A stretch of DNA of 62,882 nucleotides, the filler included, from Lenisia limosa (taxonomy: Eukaryota > Protista > Breviatea), in the NCBI GenBank assembly GCA_001655205.1. It is 15 parts of 15 records of this genome, joined end to end, with 100 filler letters (N's around TTAATTAATTAA, not from the genome) between each part and the next. Parts side by side here need not be neighbours in the genome. Positions count along the whole stretch, not along the records: positions 1 to 9,863 come from LPNZ01007390.1; positions 9,964 to 12,308 come from LPNZ01011620.1; positions 12,409 to 17,242 come from LPNZ01005397.1; 12 more parts are not named here. One strand, 5' to 3'. Every line of letters starts with the position of its first letter. Position 1 is the first letter of the stretch. Below are positions 1 to 12,822 of this stretch, in pieces. The translations under genes were made by a program, and so were the position numbers. Below the pieces are notes generated by a model. It saw only the letters and a program-made list of their open reading frames with translations, ran no database searches and was not told the DNA's origin.

Positions 1-152
1 ATGAAAATGAAATGCAATTATACTATTTGATGCGTATCATGTAATATTTGCATAACATTCGTTTCATTGTCTCGGCGTACTTTACTTCGAATTCAATCCA
101 AGATAAATACTGATATTGCTCGCACCCATGTGAAGCCCTCCTGACTAACCAG

Positions 153-3100
153 ATCAAAACGGCTCTGACACGTCATGTTGTTGAGACTCACTCCCTCATC
201 CCAACAACAGTGGAGGCCTCCGTTCAGTCCGACCCTCAGGCTTTTGCAAAGGTTCGTTTTTCGGGGGTTACTTGGACTTATCAAAACGCAATTGAGTGTG
301 GACCACAGTGAAACCAGCCGTATCAGCCGTATCATATTATTATATCGATACGTGAAAGTCGTATTTTTCTGCGTTAATAAACGGCATATTTGATTCTTTT
401 TTCATACCTTTCGATAAAAGACTTTGGGGGGGGGGGGGGNNNNNNNNNNNNNNNNNNNNNNNNNNNNNNNNNNNNNNNNNNNNNNNNNNNNNNNNNNNNN
501 NNNNNNNNNNNNNNNCTCAATCATTGTTGTGACGCGCCAGACAGCGTATGTTTGGAAAGCCTCGCGCAACCTCGACGTTAAACTGGCTGAGTGCGTCTCA
601 TTCCCTCCCGATATTTCCCATGTGAGCTGGTGCAAAAAACTCCCTACTTCCTCCACCGTCTTCTTCATTTACCGAAGGCTAATAGATACAGGTGACAGAA
701 AAGACCATCTCCGTGGTGGGGTCATCCGGTCTTGTTATTTCGTCAACTACAGGCTTTGTGCACTACTGGTTGGGGGTCTTTCAGGGAGCCGTAGATGTAA
801 AGAGAAGATCCAAAAATTAAAACTATATTGTTTTTTTTGGAGAAACAGTCTTACTTTGTTGCTCTCAACTCTTCTCAATTCGTCTGCTTTGCTTATCATT
901 GATACTCAGCCCAGGCCCACTCTTGCTTCAGTAACCAATTTAGGCCGTCCTATAAAGACCACCGGACTACAAGAGACGTCCAGATCGACCTGAAACACGG
1001 CGAGTTTGTTGTGGAGGTTCATGCTGCTGAAAGTGGCTATTTGGCCTTTGTCGTCCTTAACACTGGTTGCTGGGTATTGGCAGATCTCAGAGTCATAGTA
1101 GTGATTTTTGAATAAGCCTTTTGTATCATTACTACACACTGATATGTTAATTTCGACCACAAAGAAAAACTTTTTTTTTATCTCAGTTCTATACATATTG
1201 TACTCTGATAAATAGTATACAGATATCGCTTTTTAAATGCAATATACTATTACATGTAATATGTGTTGCGTATCATATTGTATGATGTATTTGTGTACGA
1301 ATATATTATATATCTGGGTGTAATCTGATTGCACAGGTGTTATTGTGATGCTGACAAACGAGAAGAAGATTGTGGCTCGAAGATTGGAAAGACCGGTAGG
1401 CATTTATTGACACAAGGACCACGTGTGTTTGATATGAACCTTTTTACGACGTGTTTGATATGATCAGTTTTTACCACGTGTAGTACCTTGGACTTCTTAG
1501 TGGCCTCAGTCAAATGATCGGTTTAACCAAGACCCCGCTTGAGAACCAGGTACGTGCTTGAAAGCGTTGGCTAAACAGCCGTCTCTTGCTCCCCCCTTTC
1601 AATACTATAATCTTACGGGAGTCATAAATTTAACCGCCGCATTATTTGCGGTAGTTTTGACACCTAGGTTGTAGCCACCTATCAGGTCGGTTCGGTCATC
1701 TTCTGCACAACACCCACATCCCTTCTGATCTCCTCGCTCTATGGACCTGAACCGGAAATGGTCCAAATCGACAACATGGCGTGGGCACAGGGGGATGGAG
1801 TTCAATGCAATCAGTATCAATAATAACGTATTAACATATATTTTCTTTAATCTTTTCAGGCAAATGGTTTCCAAGGAACTCGCGAAGAGGGGCCAGCCCC
1901 AACCCGCGGTATGCCAATGACCCAATTCAAGGGTGCAGATATATATCAATGGTGTCTTACGATTTGATTGTCCATGTTGCTCTTAGTCTTCATATGTTTC
2001 TGGCCTTTTAAAAAAAATCTAGGAAAACAATGGATGCCATAAAAGCGGCCATTTGCTCTCATATCGCCTTTCCACTCAGCTCACACTTCAGGTTGAATTT
2101 GTGGACATTTACGCTGATACAAAGCGCTGTGTGCTGCTGACTGCAGTTCAATGTGGGTCGTGGAAGGGGAGGCCAATGTTGTCTCATAAGGATAAAAAAA
2201 CAAAATCCCTGGCCATTTTTGACAATTGTTGATTGGAATGAAGTATTTCAACATTTATTTTCTAATGACTGTAGTGGACGAAGATACACAAGTCTTTGCT
2301 GTGGTGCATGCGGCTGTTCAGGTGGAAGTGGGTCGAGGGTACTGAGCCACTCTATAAAAAACATCTTCTATTGGGTGAATATTAGTTATTTGTTGTAAAT
2401 TATGTATGTGCCTTGTGTTCAAGACGAACAATAACAAAGGGTGTTTTTAGACCAACAATAACTAAGGTTGTTTTTACACCACTTGGACCCCCCACCCATT
2501 AAATGATGGAACATTTATTTCAACCATTGCAGGACTTTTGGTCAGGCTGCAAGGTTTTCAAGGCCAAAAAATCTGAAGACATTTCGTTTAAGCCCCTCTT
2601 TGACATGGTAGGCTTTCTTCCTTCTTTGACCTTATCAATCGCTTTATGTTCCCTTATTCCTTCCTCCTCTTGTCCCTTTTGTATCCTCAAGCTACCCCGT
2701 CAGTCCTTCCCCTATCCTGTTGGTATTTATTCTATCCTTTTGGTATTTATTCTATCCTTTTGGTATTTCTTCTATCCTTTTGGTATTTCTTCTTATCCTT
2801 TTGGAATTTTTTCTATCCTTTTGGAATTTCTTCTATCCTTTTGGAATTTCTTCATGGCTTTAGGAGGTGTTTGTGTCGGAGGTCACAGCGCAGCGAAACG
2901 TTGACTTCACCTTCGTAAGGGGGTCAACAACGGTCAAAATGGACTATTCTGACGTTCCTTCCGTCATCATCAACCTTTGTTCTGCCGCTGACCCTGTAGA
3001 CCCAGCGGAACCCTCGGCTTCTGGTGCCCTCAGCTGAACAGGCTCATGTCACTATCGGCCGCAAGGCCATTCACCTCCTGCAGATGCCTCTCGACTCAAG

Positions 3101-6100
3101 AAGTNNNNNNNNNNNNNNNNNNNNNNNNNNNNNNNNNNNNNNNNNNNNNNNNNNNNNNNNNNNNNNNNNNNNNNNNNNNNNNNNNNNNNNNNNNNNNNNN
3201 NNNNNNNNNNNNNNNNNNNNNNNNNNNTCCATGTCACCAAGAAGGGCCAGGTCCAGATTGTCACCCAGGTACGCAAGGGATAGTAGTTGATAGAGCGTAT
3301 CATATCATATAGCATTAAAAAGTATGTGTATTTTATCAATCTGTGAAGTTCTATTCCTTCTTATCACACTTTTTTTCTACTGAGGTACTGTGTTCGGATA
3401 GGAAATTGTGCGCATATGGAAAGGAATGAAAAGATATTATTATCTTTGGTCAGATAGAACGGCTTTATGAAAAAAAAAAATTGTTTTTTTTAAAAAAAAA
3501 TAGAACATTTATGAAATACTCAACTATTTCCAATAAGCCAACGGGCATAATCCCTGTTCAATTCACCCCTCACTCTATAGGAGCGACAGTCATTCATCCC
3601 TTCCCACCTCAAAAGAGGAAGAAAGTAGGAAGCTTTTTGATACCCCGTGCCCAAAAAGAGGACCAAATTTGTCAACAAGTATTCAATAAATATCGACACT
3701 TTGATCTTTTGTACTGCTAGGAAGACACCGTAACACTTTATTGACAACAAAGGTACCTCCTTCTAACTTCTTCAGACTTGAACCTGTCTCACAGCAGCTC
3801 TTTGATGCTTTTGAGAACTATGAGAAGAATGTAAGCTACTCCTCTATGCACTTGCCTTCAATCCTCGCTTTGTGATTGGTTTTAAAATGGGAGACAATNN
3901 NNNNNNNNNNNNNNNNNNNNNNNNNNNNNNNNNNNNNNNNNNNNNNNNNNNNNNNNNNNNNNNNNNNNNNNNNNNNNNNNNNNNNGTATTTCCATTCATC
4001 CCTTTAGAATGACTCAGCTGTGTCCGAAATACTGAAGGTTTGCAATGGTTTTTGTGATGTTAAAGTGTTCATGATGTTGTTAAGAAGTATGTGTTCTCTT
4101 TTATTTGAATCTTGGTTTTCAATCACATTATGCCTCCGTTANNNNNNNNNNNNNNNNNNNNNNNNNNNNNNNNNNNNNNNNNNNNNNNNNNNNNNNNNNN
4201 NNNNNNNNNNNNNNNNNNNNNNNNNNNNNNNNNNNNNNNNNNNNNNNNNNNNNNNNNNNNNNNNNNNNNNNNNNNNNNNNNNNNNNNNNNNNNNNNNNNN
4301 NNNNNNNNNNNNNNNNNNNNNNNNNNNCCGCCAATGACGCTGTCAAAGAAATTGCCAACGCCCTTCCTCCCACGTCCCTCCAGTCGGCCTTTGACAAAGT
4401 TATCTGAATGATGCTATTATTCTTTGTATTACATGATGCTGTGACTGAATGTCACTTTTTGTAGTGAAAAGCACGAACACTCCTTTATTCACGAGACTAT
4501 GCGCTTCAAATTAGACCGCATATCTCTGTTTTCAGAGTTTTTGCGGGCGCATTCCCTCCTCCGCCGTGTCACTAAGTCAGCCCGCCTCGAAATGCTCTAC
4601 ACTGTGGCACAAGTGGGGGGGGGGTTGCAACAAGGTATATTTAGAAGTTCTCCTTTTGGGTTGAGTAATACTGAATGCTACTTTTGTTATCTCAGATTTG
4701 TCCTTGAAATACCAGGGGGTTTTTTACCACATACATAGGTTTCCGCATGTGCGAACTTCTGGAGTGTGGACCACCATTCAAAGCGGTATGTGTTATTATA
4801 TTCTTTGCTATCGTAAAAAATAATTCTTATTTGAGCGTCGATACATATTTAAGAGATTGCGACTGTTTTCGAACCCAAGTAGCAAGTGGTCCTTACGCTG
4901 ACCGTTTAGTGTTGTCTCAGATGTGCTTCGTGAGGCTGTTGATGTCTGTTTATGTGACCGGTAATGGGGGGGGGGGNNNNNNNNNNNNNNNNNNNNNNNN
5001 NNNNNNNNNNNNNNNNNNNNNNNNNNNNNNNNNNNNNNNNNNNNNNNNNNNNNNNNNNNNNNNNNNNNNNNNNNNNNNNNNNNNNNNNNNNNNNNNNNNN
5101 NNNCACAAGTGACATGTACTACCAAGGAAACACGGCTTATGTATGCTAGGGTATTGACTCATCCTTTATGTGGACAAATATGGTAAAATTTTCTCATTAC
5201 TATGATGCTGTTGAAATAATGATCTTGTCTCAATTATACCTTAGGACGAGTGTTTCTCTTACGCCGGCCAAATTGAAGATGTCTTCTCCGCTCTCTTCTC
5301 TGCTGGCTTTGTCTCTAAAAAGCAGGTAAATATTTAGCCAAATATTCTGGGCTTCATTTCGTACCAAATATGGCAGGAAATATCGCCATTGTGTAGTCCG
5401 TCCATATTGTACCGAAGTGAAGCCCTCAGCTATACTCAAATATTTAAAAGAACACATTTGCTATCTAATGTGGTGTCTCGTGACCCCTTAGTACGAATCC
5501 CCCATCAGCGCTCCCGATGCAGCGACCTATTTAATGAAAGTAGGTTTAATATATCTTCAAGTTAATATAAGGTGTAGAGTATTATATATAGCCCCTGAGA
5601 ATAGCCACTAACCCCCCAGGTACTTCTTTCCTTCAACAATGAGTTCATTGAAAAGAACCATTCCCTTTTTGGGCTCACGTGGGGGGGGGGGGGNNNNNNN
5701 NNNNNNNNNNNNNNNNNNNNNNNNNNNNNNNNNNNNNNNNNNNNNNNNNNNNNNNNNNNNNNNNNNNNNNNNNNNNNNNACCAAGAAATTGAGTCCCTTT
5801 TCCAAGACTTGTGTTAACTTAAGCCCAGTGTAAACTCCTCATTCCCCTGCTTCTTACTCTACCCAGGGCAGAGGGACGCTGTGTCAACGACCGTGAAAAG
5901 TGCCACCAAGTCTCCCCTAAGTCTGCGCTATCCTTTTAGAATGAACCCATATGACATATACGAGTGTAATGTTCAATTTTACCATCATCACCATCACCAC
6001 TTACCGTACAGTGCTACAACCCCTCTTCCCCTCCCATGTAACGAGTCAGTCCGATACTGTCTCTTACAGTCGATTGACCATATGAACGGTTGGCTCTGTT

Positions 6101-9100
6101 GTAAATATCATAGCATACAATTTCATTTGTATTTCTAATACAGTGTACAATAACCTTCCCTTCTGTTCTGTATCCATGTCCCAACCTTCCCTTCTGTTCT
6201 GTATCAATGCTCCAACCTTCCCTTATGTATTTACTGGGGTGTCTGAGAACGTGATTATTAATCATACTTAGACCTTATCCGATCCTGCTCCAACCACCCC
6301 CGAACTCTTGAGGTGGGGTCATAGAACTGTTATATCCAAGAATCCTCATCGACACTCACATCCCTCCAATCACGTAACACTCACATCCCTCACACTCATG
6401 TCCTCTTTAGGCTCTCATGTCACGACTGCACAGTCTCAGTGTCCTGCTTCTTGACGGCTATGTTATTGAGTACAAGGTGGTGGGGGACATCACGTAAATG
6501 AACTTCACTTAAGAAATCCAAATGGGTTCAAATTTATGAGAAGTAAGAACTTGGAATTCTCTTGTTCTCAAAACGGATGATTTTCTCCTTAAATCCAAGA
6601 TAATTACCTTGTCTTTTTTTGCAGGAGTCGCAGGATTGGTCGGTTATTGAAGAGCTCAACTCTGCTCGTACGAAATGCGTCTCGTTGTTCTTCAGAAACG
6701 GACTTCCAATTGTGGGGGAGGGGGGGAGGAATTTGGAAGGGTATAATTTTTTTTTGACATTTTTCTGGGGGTTGTTGGATTTTTCAGATCACTTGTTGTT
6801 TGCTGGCAGGGCTCTTGTTGTTTCCTCTGGCAGGGCTCTTGTGGAAGGATACTTGCTGTTTCCTCTAATATTGCAGGACACGACCCCAGCAGCGCTGCAT
6901 TTGGCTGAAAAGTTCTGTGACGTTGAAGCTTTGGCAGTGATTGTCGAGGAAATGGTGGGAAACATGATGCTCTTCTTAACTTTCCCTTCTGCTTCGTATT
7001 CGTCTTCTTGTTTTTCTTTTGTTTTTATTATTCTTTTTTTATTATTCTATTATTCTTTTTTTTATTATTCTTTTTGTATTATTAATTCTTTTTGTATTAT
7101 TCTATTTTTTCTTTAAAAAGTATTCTCTCCCTCGTCCATTTATATTTTGCCACATTGACCCGCACAGTATCCCAGCGACCTTCAGCGCCACATTGCCTAC
7201 GATAAGGCTTACGACTGTTACCTCAAAGTCCTCATCAATCACCTCATTTCAAGTAGCAACGTCCCTCGAATCTTCGTGAGGGGTTCTGCCCCCTTCTTTG
7301 AGTGATGCTTAGGGCTTCACTTCGGTTCGAAAAAACCCAGGGAAACTATCGATAGTTTTCGTGGATTTATCGAGAAATTCAGTCTTTTTTCGAACCGAAG
7401 TGAAGCCCTAGTGATGCTTCTCTTGCTTTCTCTCTCTCTCAAGCGTCCCCTCAGTTCCATAGTAGACAATGAAAAATGGTTGAAAACGAAGGTCTTTTGC
7501 TCTATTGCTAACTCTCTCAGGAGCTTCAAGATGGAGGGCTCAATCCTGATGGGATCCACGAGTGTCTTGCAGAGTTCCCCGAAATTGCCTGGGTAGCCAA
7601 CATCAAGGATAGGCAGTACTGCACCGCTGCGGCTGTTCTCCAGCACCTCGTAAGCCACACCATATTACTATCCTCCTTTGTTTCTTCAGAAATATGCAAC
7701 ATTGAAGATCAGATAGATAGATATGTGTTTAGGCCTAATGCAATCAAGCAGGCTACCGTGAGCTACACAACTTCTTTGTCATAGTTTTCTCACTTGTTCC
7801 TTTCATACTTTGTAGGGAAACACGGAGCAAAACAGCCTCCTGCGGAAGCGGATCATCCACTCAATGGCCCACCTCTCGGCTCTTGCTGGCTCCGACCAGG
7901 TGGGTTCCATTCCACAGGCAACTGTTTTGTGCTGTTACTCTCGTGACGTTTGGTTGGACGTTTGGTTGTGTTGTTATTACCTGTTTACAGTATAAGAGGG
8001 GCTGGGGAGAGTAACAAGAGGTGCTGGGGAGAAGAATAATTCAACTTGATAACACACAGTGTTTGTTGCATTTCTAATTTTGCTACGTTGTCACTTGGGT
8101 TTCACTTCAGTTCGAAAAAGACCGTTGAAATATCGATAGTTTTCGAAGATTTGTCGAGAGATTCAGTCTTTTTTCGAACCGAAGTGAAGCCCTAGTTGTC
8201 ACCCCCTCCTACTATTCCCATTCGTATATACTATGTATGTATCTAGGTCAAATATTTGAGCATCCCCGCAGAATACTAACAACGCAGAAGCCCGAGAAGA
8301 GTCAGCGTTTTCCTGACGGCGCTCCCTCCGGTGAGGTCACTGGAGAGTTGGCGAGAAGCAGCATGAGCACTATTGATATCACGGTGGGGGGGGGGGGGGG
8401 GNNNNNNNNNNNNNNNNNNNNNNNNNNNNNNNNNNNNNNNNNNNNNNNNNNNNNNNNNNNNNNNNNNNNNNNNNNNNNNNNNCCAGACTAAAGTGATCTA
8501 CAACCAGCCATCTACCGAAAGTGTCCCCAACTCCCGGGTGCTTTCCCCGAACGAGATTATGGCTGAACTTCTCCAACCCACGGACCCCGAAATGTTGGTT
8601 TAGCAACAAACCATAGGGTTTTATTACGTCATATGCGTGCGAGTTCCAAACTATTTCGAAGGTTTAATTGTTGCATCTTTGCCAGTACCCTAATACTGCA
8701 GAGAAATCAGCCAAATGGAGGCAGTCAGACGGGCGGGGTCGGCCATCGACGTGTTCAGCAACACCACAAATCTCAGAACCAGCCAGGAAAAGTTGGGGGT
8801 TGACAACAATCAAATATTTAATACCATATCATGTAGACATGAAGAGCACTCTTTCAGGTTTAAAATGAAGATTAATCGAACTTACCATCCAATCATATGC
8901 CTCACTCCGTACACACATATTTTCTGGATGTTTCTTACTCTGCAGTGGGGACATGGCAACCCTCCTTTGGGTGCAAATTGCCGAGTTTGACGCTTGGCCC
9001 CATCTCATTGTCTCCGATATCACTCTGTCTGTTGGGTTTTCTGCTGGTTTTCTTTCGTCTTTAAAAAGCAAGTGTGCGCTACCTAAACATAAAACAGGCA

Positions 9101-9740
9101 ATTTGTGCCTCATTTCCACATTTTTGTTTTCAGTTTCTCAAGAGAATCGAGCACCTTTTGCTTTTTCATGGTGCTTTCAAGATCTTTTTTGCTGATCTGT
9201 TTTTGGATTGAAGTGAGATCCACATCACCGTGTAGTCCGCTTCAAGACATTGAGGAGGCCCTCACCAACACCATTCTATACCAAGTCGCCCTCATGAGCA
9301 AAAGCTGTAAGTGTGGAGTGATTATTGTCACTCTATTTGCGATCCGAATTCGAACATTATTCACTTGCGATCCGAATTCGAACATTATTCACTTGCTTGT
9401 CTGACAACGCAGCTATGGCAAACCTAGGTGCGGTCAAGGCCTCTTTAGTCAATGCTATGCCCTGGAAAACTGGCGAGTTCAGTGCAGCAGCGGAGGCCCT
9501 GGGTGTTGACAGGAATTTCTCTTTGGATGGTTTGCATCTGAGTTCTCTAAACTCTTGCCACTTTTGTTTAACATTATTTTTCTGGTTTTTTTTATCATTT
9601 TCAATGGCCACTTTCCTTTTGCTCATGGTACCCTCAAGCATAGAGAACCGATAGGACAATTGCATCGGTTTGCTGATCATTTAGACTGCCGAGACCACTT
9701 CAACCACCTCCTCGAAAGAGTCCTCCTTTCCATCAACTAA
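153..9740 (+). CDS. NUP133: Nucleoporin Nup133-like, >20 exons, 5' end not resolved
   Basis: Spliced exons give LLDGYVIEYK (~6450), ALHLAEKFCDVEALAVIVEE (~6900; cf. AASLAEKYCDFDILVQMCE), FPEIAWVANIKDRQYCTAAAVL (~7575), LRKRIIHSMAHLSALA (~7840) and N-terminal PRLLVPSAEQAHVTIG (~3020), in Nup133 order. Last exon DCRDHFNHLLERVLLSIN-TAA ends at 9740. Some exon boundaries are hidden in N gaps. Confidence 0.8.
2712..2852. repeat. Intronic minisatellite, ~18-bp unit (TCTATCCTTTTGGWATTT) x ~7-8
   Basis: Directly visible tandem units just upstream of a Nup133 acceptor. Confidence 0.85.
7310..7410. mobile_element. hAT-type MITE (family A), intact copy in a Nup133 intron
   Basis: TIR TAGGGCTTCACTTCGGTTCGAAAAAA / TTTTTTCGAACCGAAGTGAAGCCCTA; perfect 8-bp TSD GTGATGCT at 7302-7309 and 7411-7418. 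Confidence 0.9.
8095..8194. mobile_element. hAT-type MITE (family A)
   Basis: Same TIRs (left slightly degenerate); perfect 8-bp TSD GTTGTCAC at 8087-8094 and 8195-8202. Confidence 0.9.
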
Positions 9741-9864
9741 TGTTGCCCTTTCAACTGCCAAAAATCCAAATTACATGTCAGAAAATAATACCAAACGTTG
9801 GTCCCTTTAGAAGTCGGACGGCATTCCGAGCCAGTAGAAGCTGTGGTTGTCTTGCTCAACCTCN

Positions 9865-9963
9865 NNNNNNNNNNNNNNNNNNNNNNNNNNNNNNNNNNNN
9901 NNNNNNNTTAATTAATTAANNNNNNNNNNNNNNNNNNNNNNNNNNNNNNNNNNNNNNNNNNNN
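9865..9963. other. Artificial contig-joining linker (first of 14). TTAATTAATTAA cores at 9908, 12353, 17287, 19721, 22168, 29378, 32210, 35230, 40112, 42303, 45012, 47824, 53432, 58289
   Basis: Identical six-frame-stop 12-mer always flanked by ~44 N each side; genes are truncated at these points. Confidence 0.97.

Positions 9964-10010
<47 letters not shown>
9964..10010. repeat. (TC)n microsatellite
   Basis: Direct inspection. Confidence 0.9.
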
Positions 10011-10039
10011 CCCCCTCCCTCCCTCCTAACACCAGTGTT

Positions 10040-10172
10040 TGTCATCGATATATCCTAGCGTTGTTTACTCGTGTTTGTTATTGCTTTCTTTGTTTGTTTG
10101 GAGTTTCAGATTATTCGGTTCGTGGTTTACCACCTTTACGCCAATATTCATCGGAATTTCCTTCGTTTTACT
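10040..10172 (-). repeat. Interspersed repeat subfamily D
   Basis: Reverse complement of GAAGGAAATT..GATGAATATTGGCGTAAAG..CACGAACCGAATAATCTGAAACTCCAAACAAAC; also at 19101, 33670, 46340. Confidence 0.8.
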
Positions 10173-10414
10173 NNNNNNNNNNNNNNNNNNNNNNNNNNNN
10201 NNNNNNNNNNNNNNNNNNNNNNNNNNNNNNNNNNNNNNNNNNNNNNNNNNNNNNNNNNNNNNNNNNNNNNNNNNNNNNNNNNNNNNNNNNNNNNNNNNNN
10301 NNNNNNNNNNNNNNNNNNNNNNNNNNNNNNNNNNNNNNNNNNNNNNNNNNGGATTTCGTGATTATTAACTTTTCTCTAAAAACTAAAATATTCTGAATCG
10401 GGAAACCCCCCTTA

Positions 10415-10538
10415 GAAGTGACTGGTCTGGGCTTTGTTTGTTTTATTGTTCTCAATCCTCGTGTGTTGTCAGTCAACAGCGTTGATTTTGGGCTTTTTTT
10501 TTGTTGCATAATTTTTCAATTTTACCCCCCCCCCCCAG
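10415..10538 (-). repeat. Interspersed repeat subfamily C ending at a 3' splice site
   Basis: CTGGGCTTTGTTTG..CTCGTGTGTTGTCAG..TTGATTTTGGGCTTTTTT..TTTTACCCCCCCCCCCCAG. Confidence 0.85.
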
Positions 10539-10659
10539 ANNNNNNNNNNNNNNNNNNNNNNNNNNNNNNNNNNNNNNNNNNNNNNNNNNNNNNNNNNNNN
10601 NNNNNNNNNNNNNNNNNNNNNNNNNNNNNNNNNNNNNNNNNNNNNNNNNNNNNNNNNNN

Positions 10660-11936
10660 CCTTCGCAAGCCCTGCTGGAAGCCATGCAAGAGGCCAAGGG
10701 AATTGAGCCGTTCGACATGGCCAAGACCCCTCGGGAGTTCCATGATAGAGGCCTCATCATCTCCCAAATGGAGAACCCCAATAAGCCATACCAAGTATGT
10801 TCAAGCGCATCCAAATCAATCATATCCGATTTTACTCAATCATATCCGATTTTACTAACCCTGAATTAACTAACATATTTTTTTCAGTATGGTATTCACA
10901 TCACACTCCCCTCATGACCTTTTTAGATCTACCGTCGGTGCCAATTGACAAAGTCCTGTCTTCGCGCCACGTACATGCTTATCAAAGAGGGCGTTGTGGG
11001 GAGGGGTCTCTGTTACAATGGTGTGGTTCTCAGAGCTTTCTTTTGAAGCCTTCTTGTGAAGGGGTGCTCTAATGGCCTTGTTTCGAAGAGCTTTATTCCG
11101 AATTCGATCTATTTTCATAACTTAGCGACTCCCTCGCGGCGCTATCGGCAGTTCGTCCTACCTCTTCAACAGGTGGGAGATGTTGCCAAGGGGTAACAGG
11201 TTTAATAATTACTATTATGAAATAAAGACCATTGCATTTAAAGGCCAGGGCTTTTTTTTATATCTTTATGATATATATGCATGCCTATCTGAGGATGAGC
11301 TAAATGCTGATCGATTCAGCTCCATCCCGACCTCAGTATCGCGGGTCCTGAAGTGTGCAGATATGCGGCTTTTCAGTTCCGAAAGCTCAGGNNNNNNNNN
11401 NNNNNNNNNNNNNNNNNNNNNNNNNNNNNNNNNNNNNNNNNNNNNNNNNNNNNNNNNNNNNNNNCGCCGGCGTGTTATGTGTGGTCCCAAATAAAACTGA
11501 ATTTTCCGATAAACCCTCGAGAGATATCGATCTTTTAACGGTTCCAACGCCGGAAAACACCGTGAAAACATCGAGAATTATCAAGGATTATCAAGAAATT
11601 CCACTTCTTTTGGATGTGGGAAGTGTTCGTGCTCCTTTTGGTTGTTATTGGGATAATGAGGTTTACACAATAANNNNNNNNNNNNNNNNNNNNNNNNNNN
11701 NNNNNNNNNNNNNNNNNNNNNNNNNNNNNNNNNNNNNNNNNNNNNNNNNNNNNNNNNNNNNNNNNNNNNNNNNNNNNNNNNNNNNNNNNNNNNNNNNNNN
11801 NNNNNNNNNNNNNNNNNNNNNNNNNNNNNNNNNNNNNNNNNNNNNNNNNNNNNNNNNNNNNNNNNTACGCCCAGGCTGAGCAGTCGGGCGTTTTGTCCAG
11901 CCTTCTGCTGAGGATCAAGACTAATCTGCACCTTTC
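10660..11936 (+). CDS. Hypothetical multi-exon protein fragment
   Basis: Open exon-like segments with GT/AG flanks (SQALLEAMQEAKGIEPFDMAKTPREFHDRGLIISQMENPNKPYQ; IYRRCQLTKSCLRATYMLIKEG; YAQAEQSGVLSSLLLRIK); family not recognised, internal frames ambiguous. Confidence 0.4.
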
Positions 11937-11968
11937 GTCTTCGTTGGAGGGGTGCTTTCTTCTTTAAC

Positions 11969-12128
11969 AGTTTCCTTAACTAACGTGTTGTAGAGAGTTC
12001 CCCAACTGACTTTGTAGCGAGTTCCTTAACTGACGTGTTTTAGCGAGTTCCTTCACTGACGTGTTGTAGCGAGTTCCTTAACTGACGTGTTGTAAGTTCC
12101 TCAACTGACATGTTTTAGAGAGTTCCTT
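11969..12128. repeat. Tandem repeat, ~26-bp unit GAGTTCCTTAACTGACGTGTTGTAGC x ~6
   Basis: Direct inspection; no unique spacers. Confidence 0.85.
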
Positions 12129-12822
12129 GTTTCCCTGCCCACCGTCCTTGATGCAGTGTGTCTGAGTGATACTGGAAAAGAAGCTGTGAAGCAAAGCAAT
12201 GGTAGGATGGGGGTGACTCTTCATAAGCATATGATATGATTGATTTTTACTTCATGAGCGAGTAAATATATATTGTACATTGTATTGTTCTTCATCGAAA
12301 TTTCCTTCNNNNNNNNNNNNNNNNNNNNNNNNNNNNNNNNNNNNNNNNNNNNTTAATTAATTAANNNNNNNNNNNNNNNNNNNNNNNNNNNNNNNNNNNN
12401 NNNNNNNNGATAGCCTGCCCGGATGGAGCGCTGAAGGAACACGAAAAAGCCTCGAAGCACCCATTCAAATCCAAGTTGACAGCTGTACGTAGACCATGAT
12501 CTTTATGATGATAGATGATACACTTTAATTGATTTATTGTTCTTTTTTACGTGTTCATTTCAGAGTAATGAATGTGAATTAGTTATAAAACAATGGTATC
12601 TCTCAAAAACAAAGGTACGAAATTAACCCAATATCTAAGGGGGGGGGGGGGGGNNNNNNNNNNNNNNNNNNNNNNNNNNNNNNNNNNNNNNNNNNNNNNN
12701 NNNNNNNNNNNNNNNNNNNNNNNNNNNNNNNNNNNNNNNNNNNNNNNNNNNNNNTAAATAACAAAAACATATACAATAAATACTAAACACAATAATACAC
12801 AGAAGAAACATTAACATATAAA

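Noticed and set aside
3730-3752. Ultra-short 23-nt introns (also 130-152)
   Set aside because: A 46-nt intron 3730-3775 with CTAAC branch and TTCTTCAG acceptor explains the frame more simply; the donor for the 152 acceptor may lie further upstream. The shortest well-supported introns are ~36-40 nt.
9908-9919. Recurrent TTAATTAATTAA palindrome as a biological motif
   Set aside because: Always centred in a 100-bp N spacer at gene-truncating junctions; a standard six-frame-stop linker.
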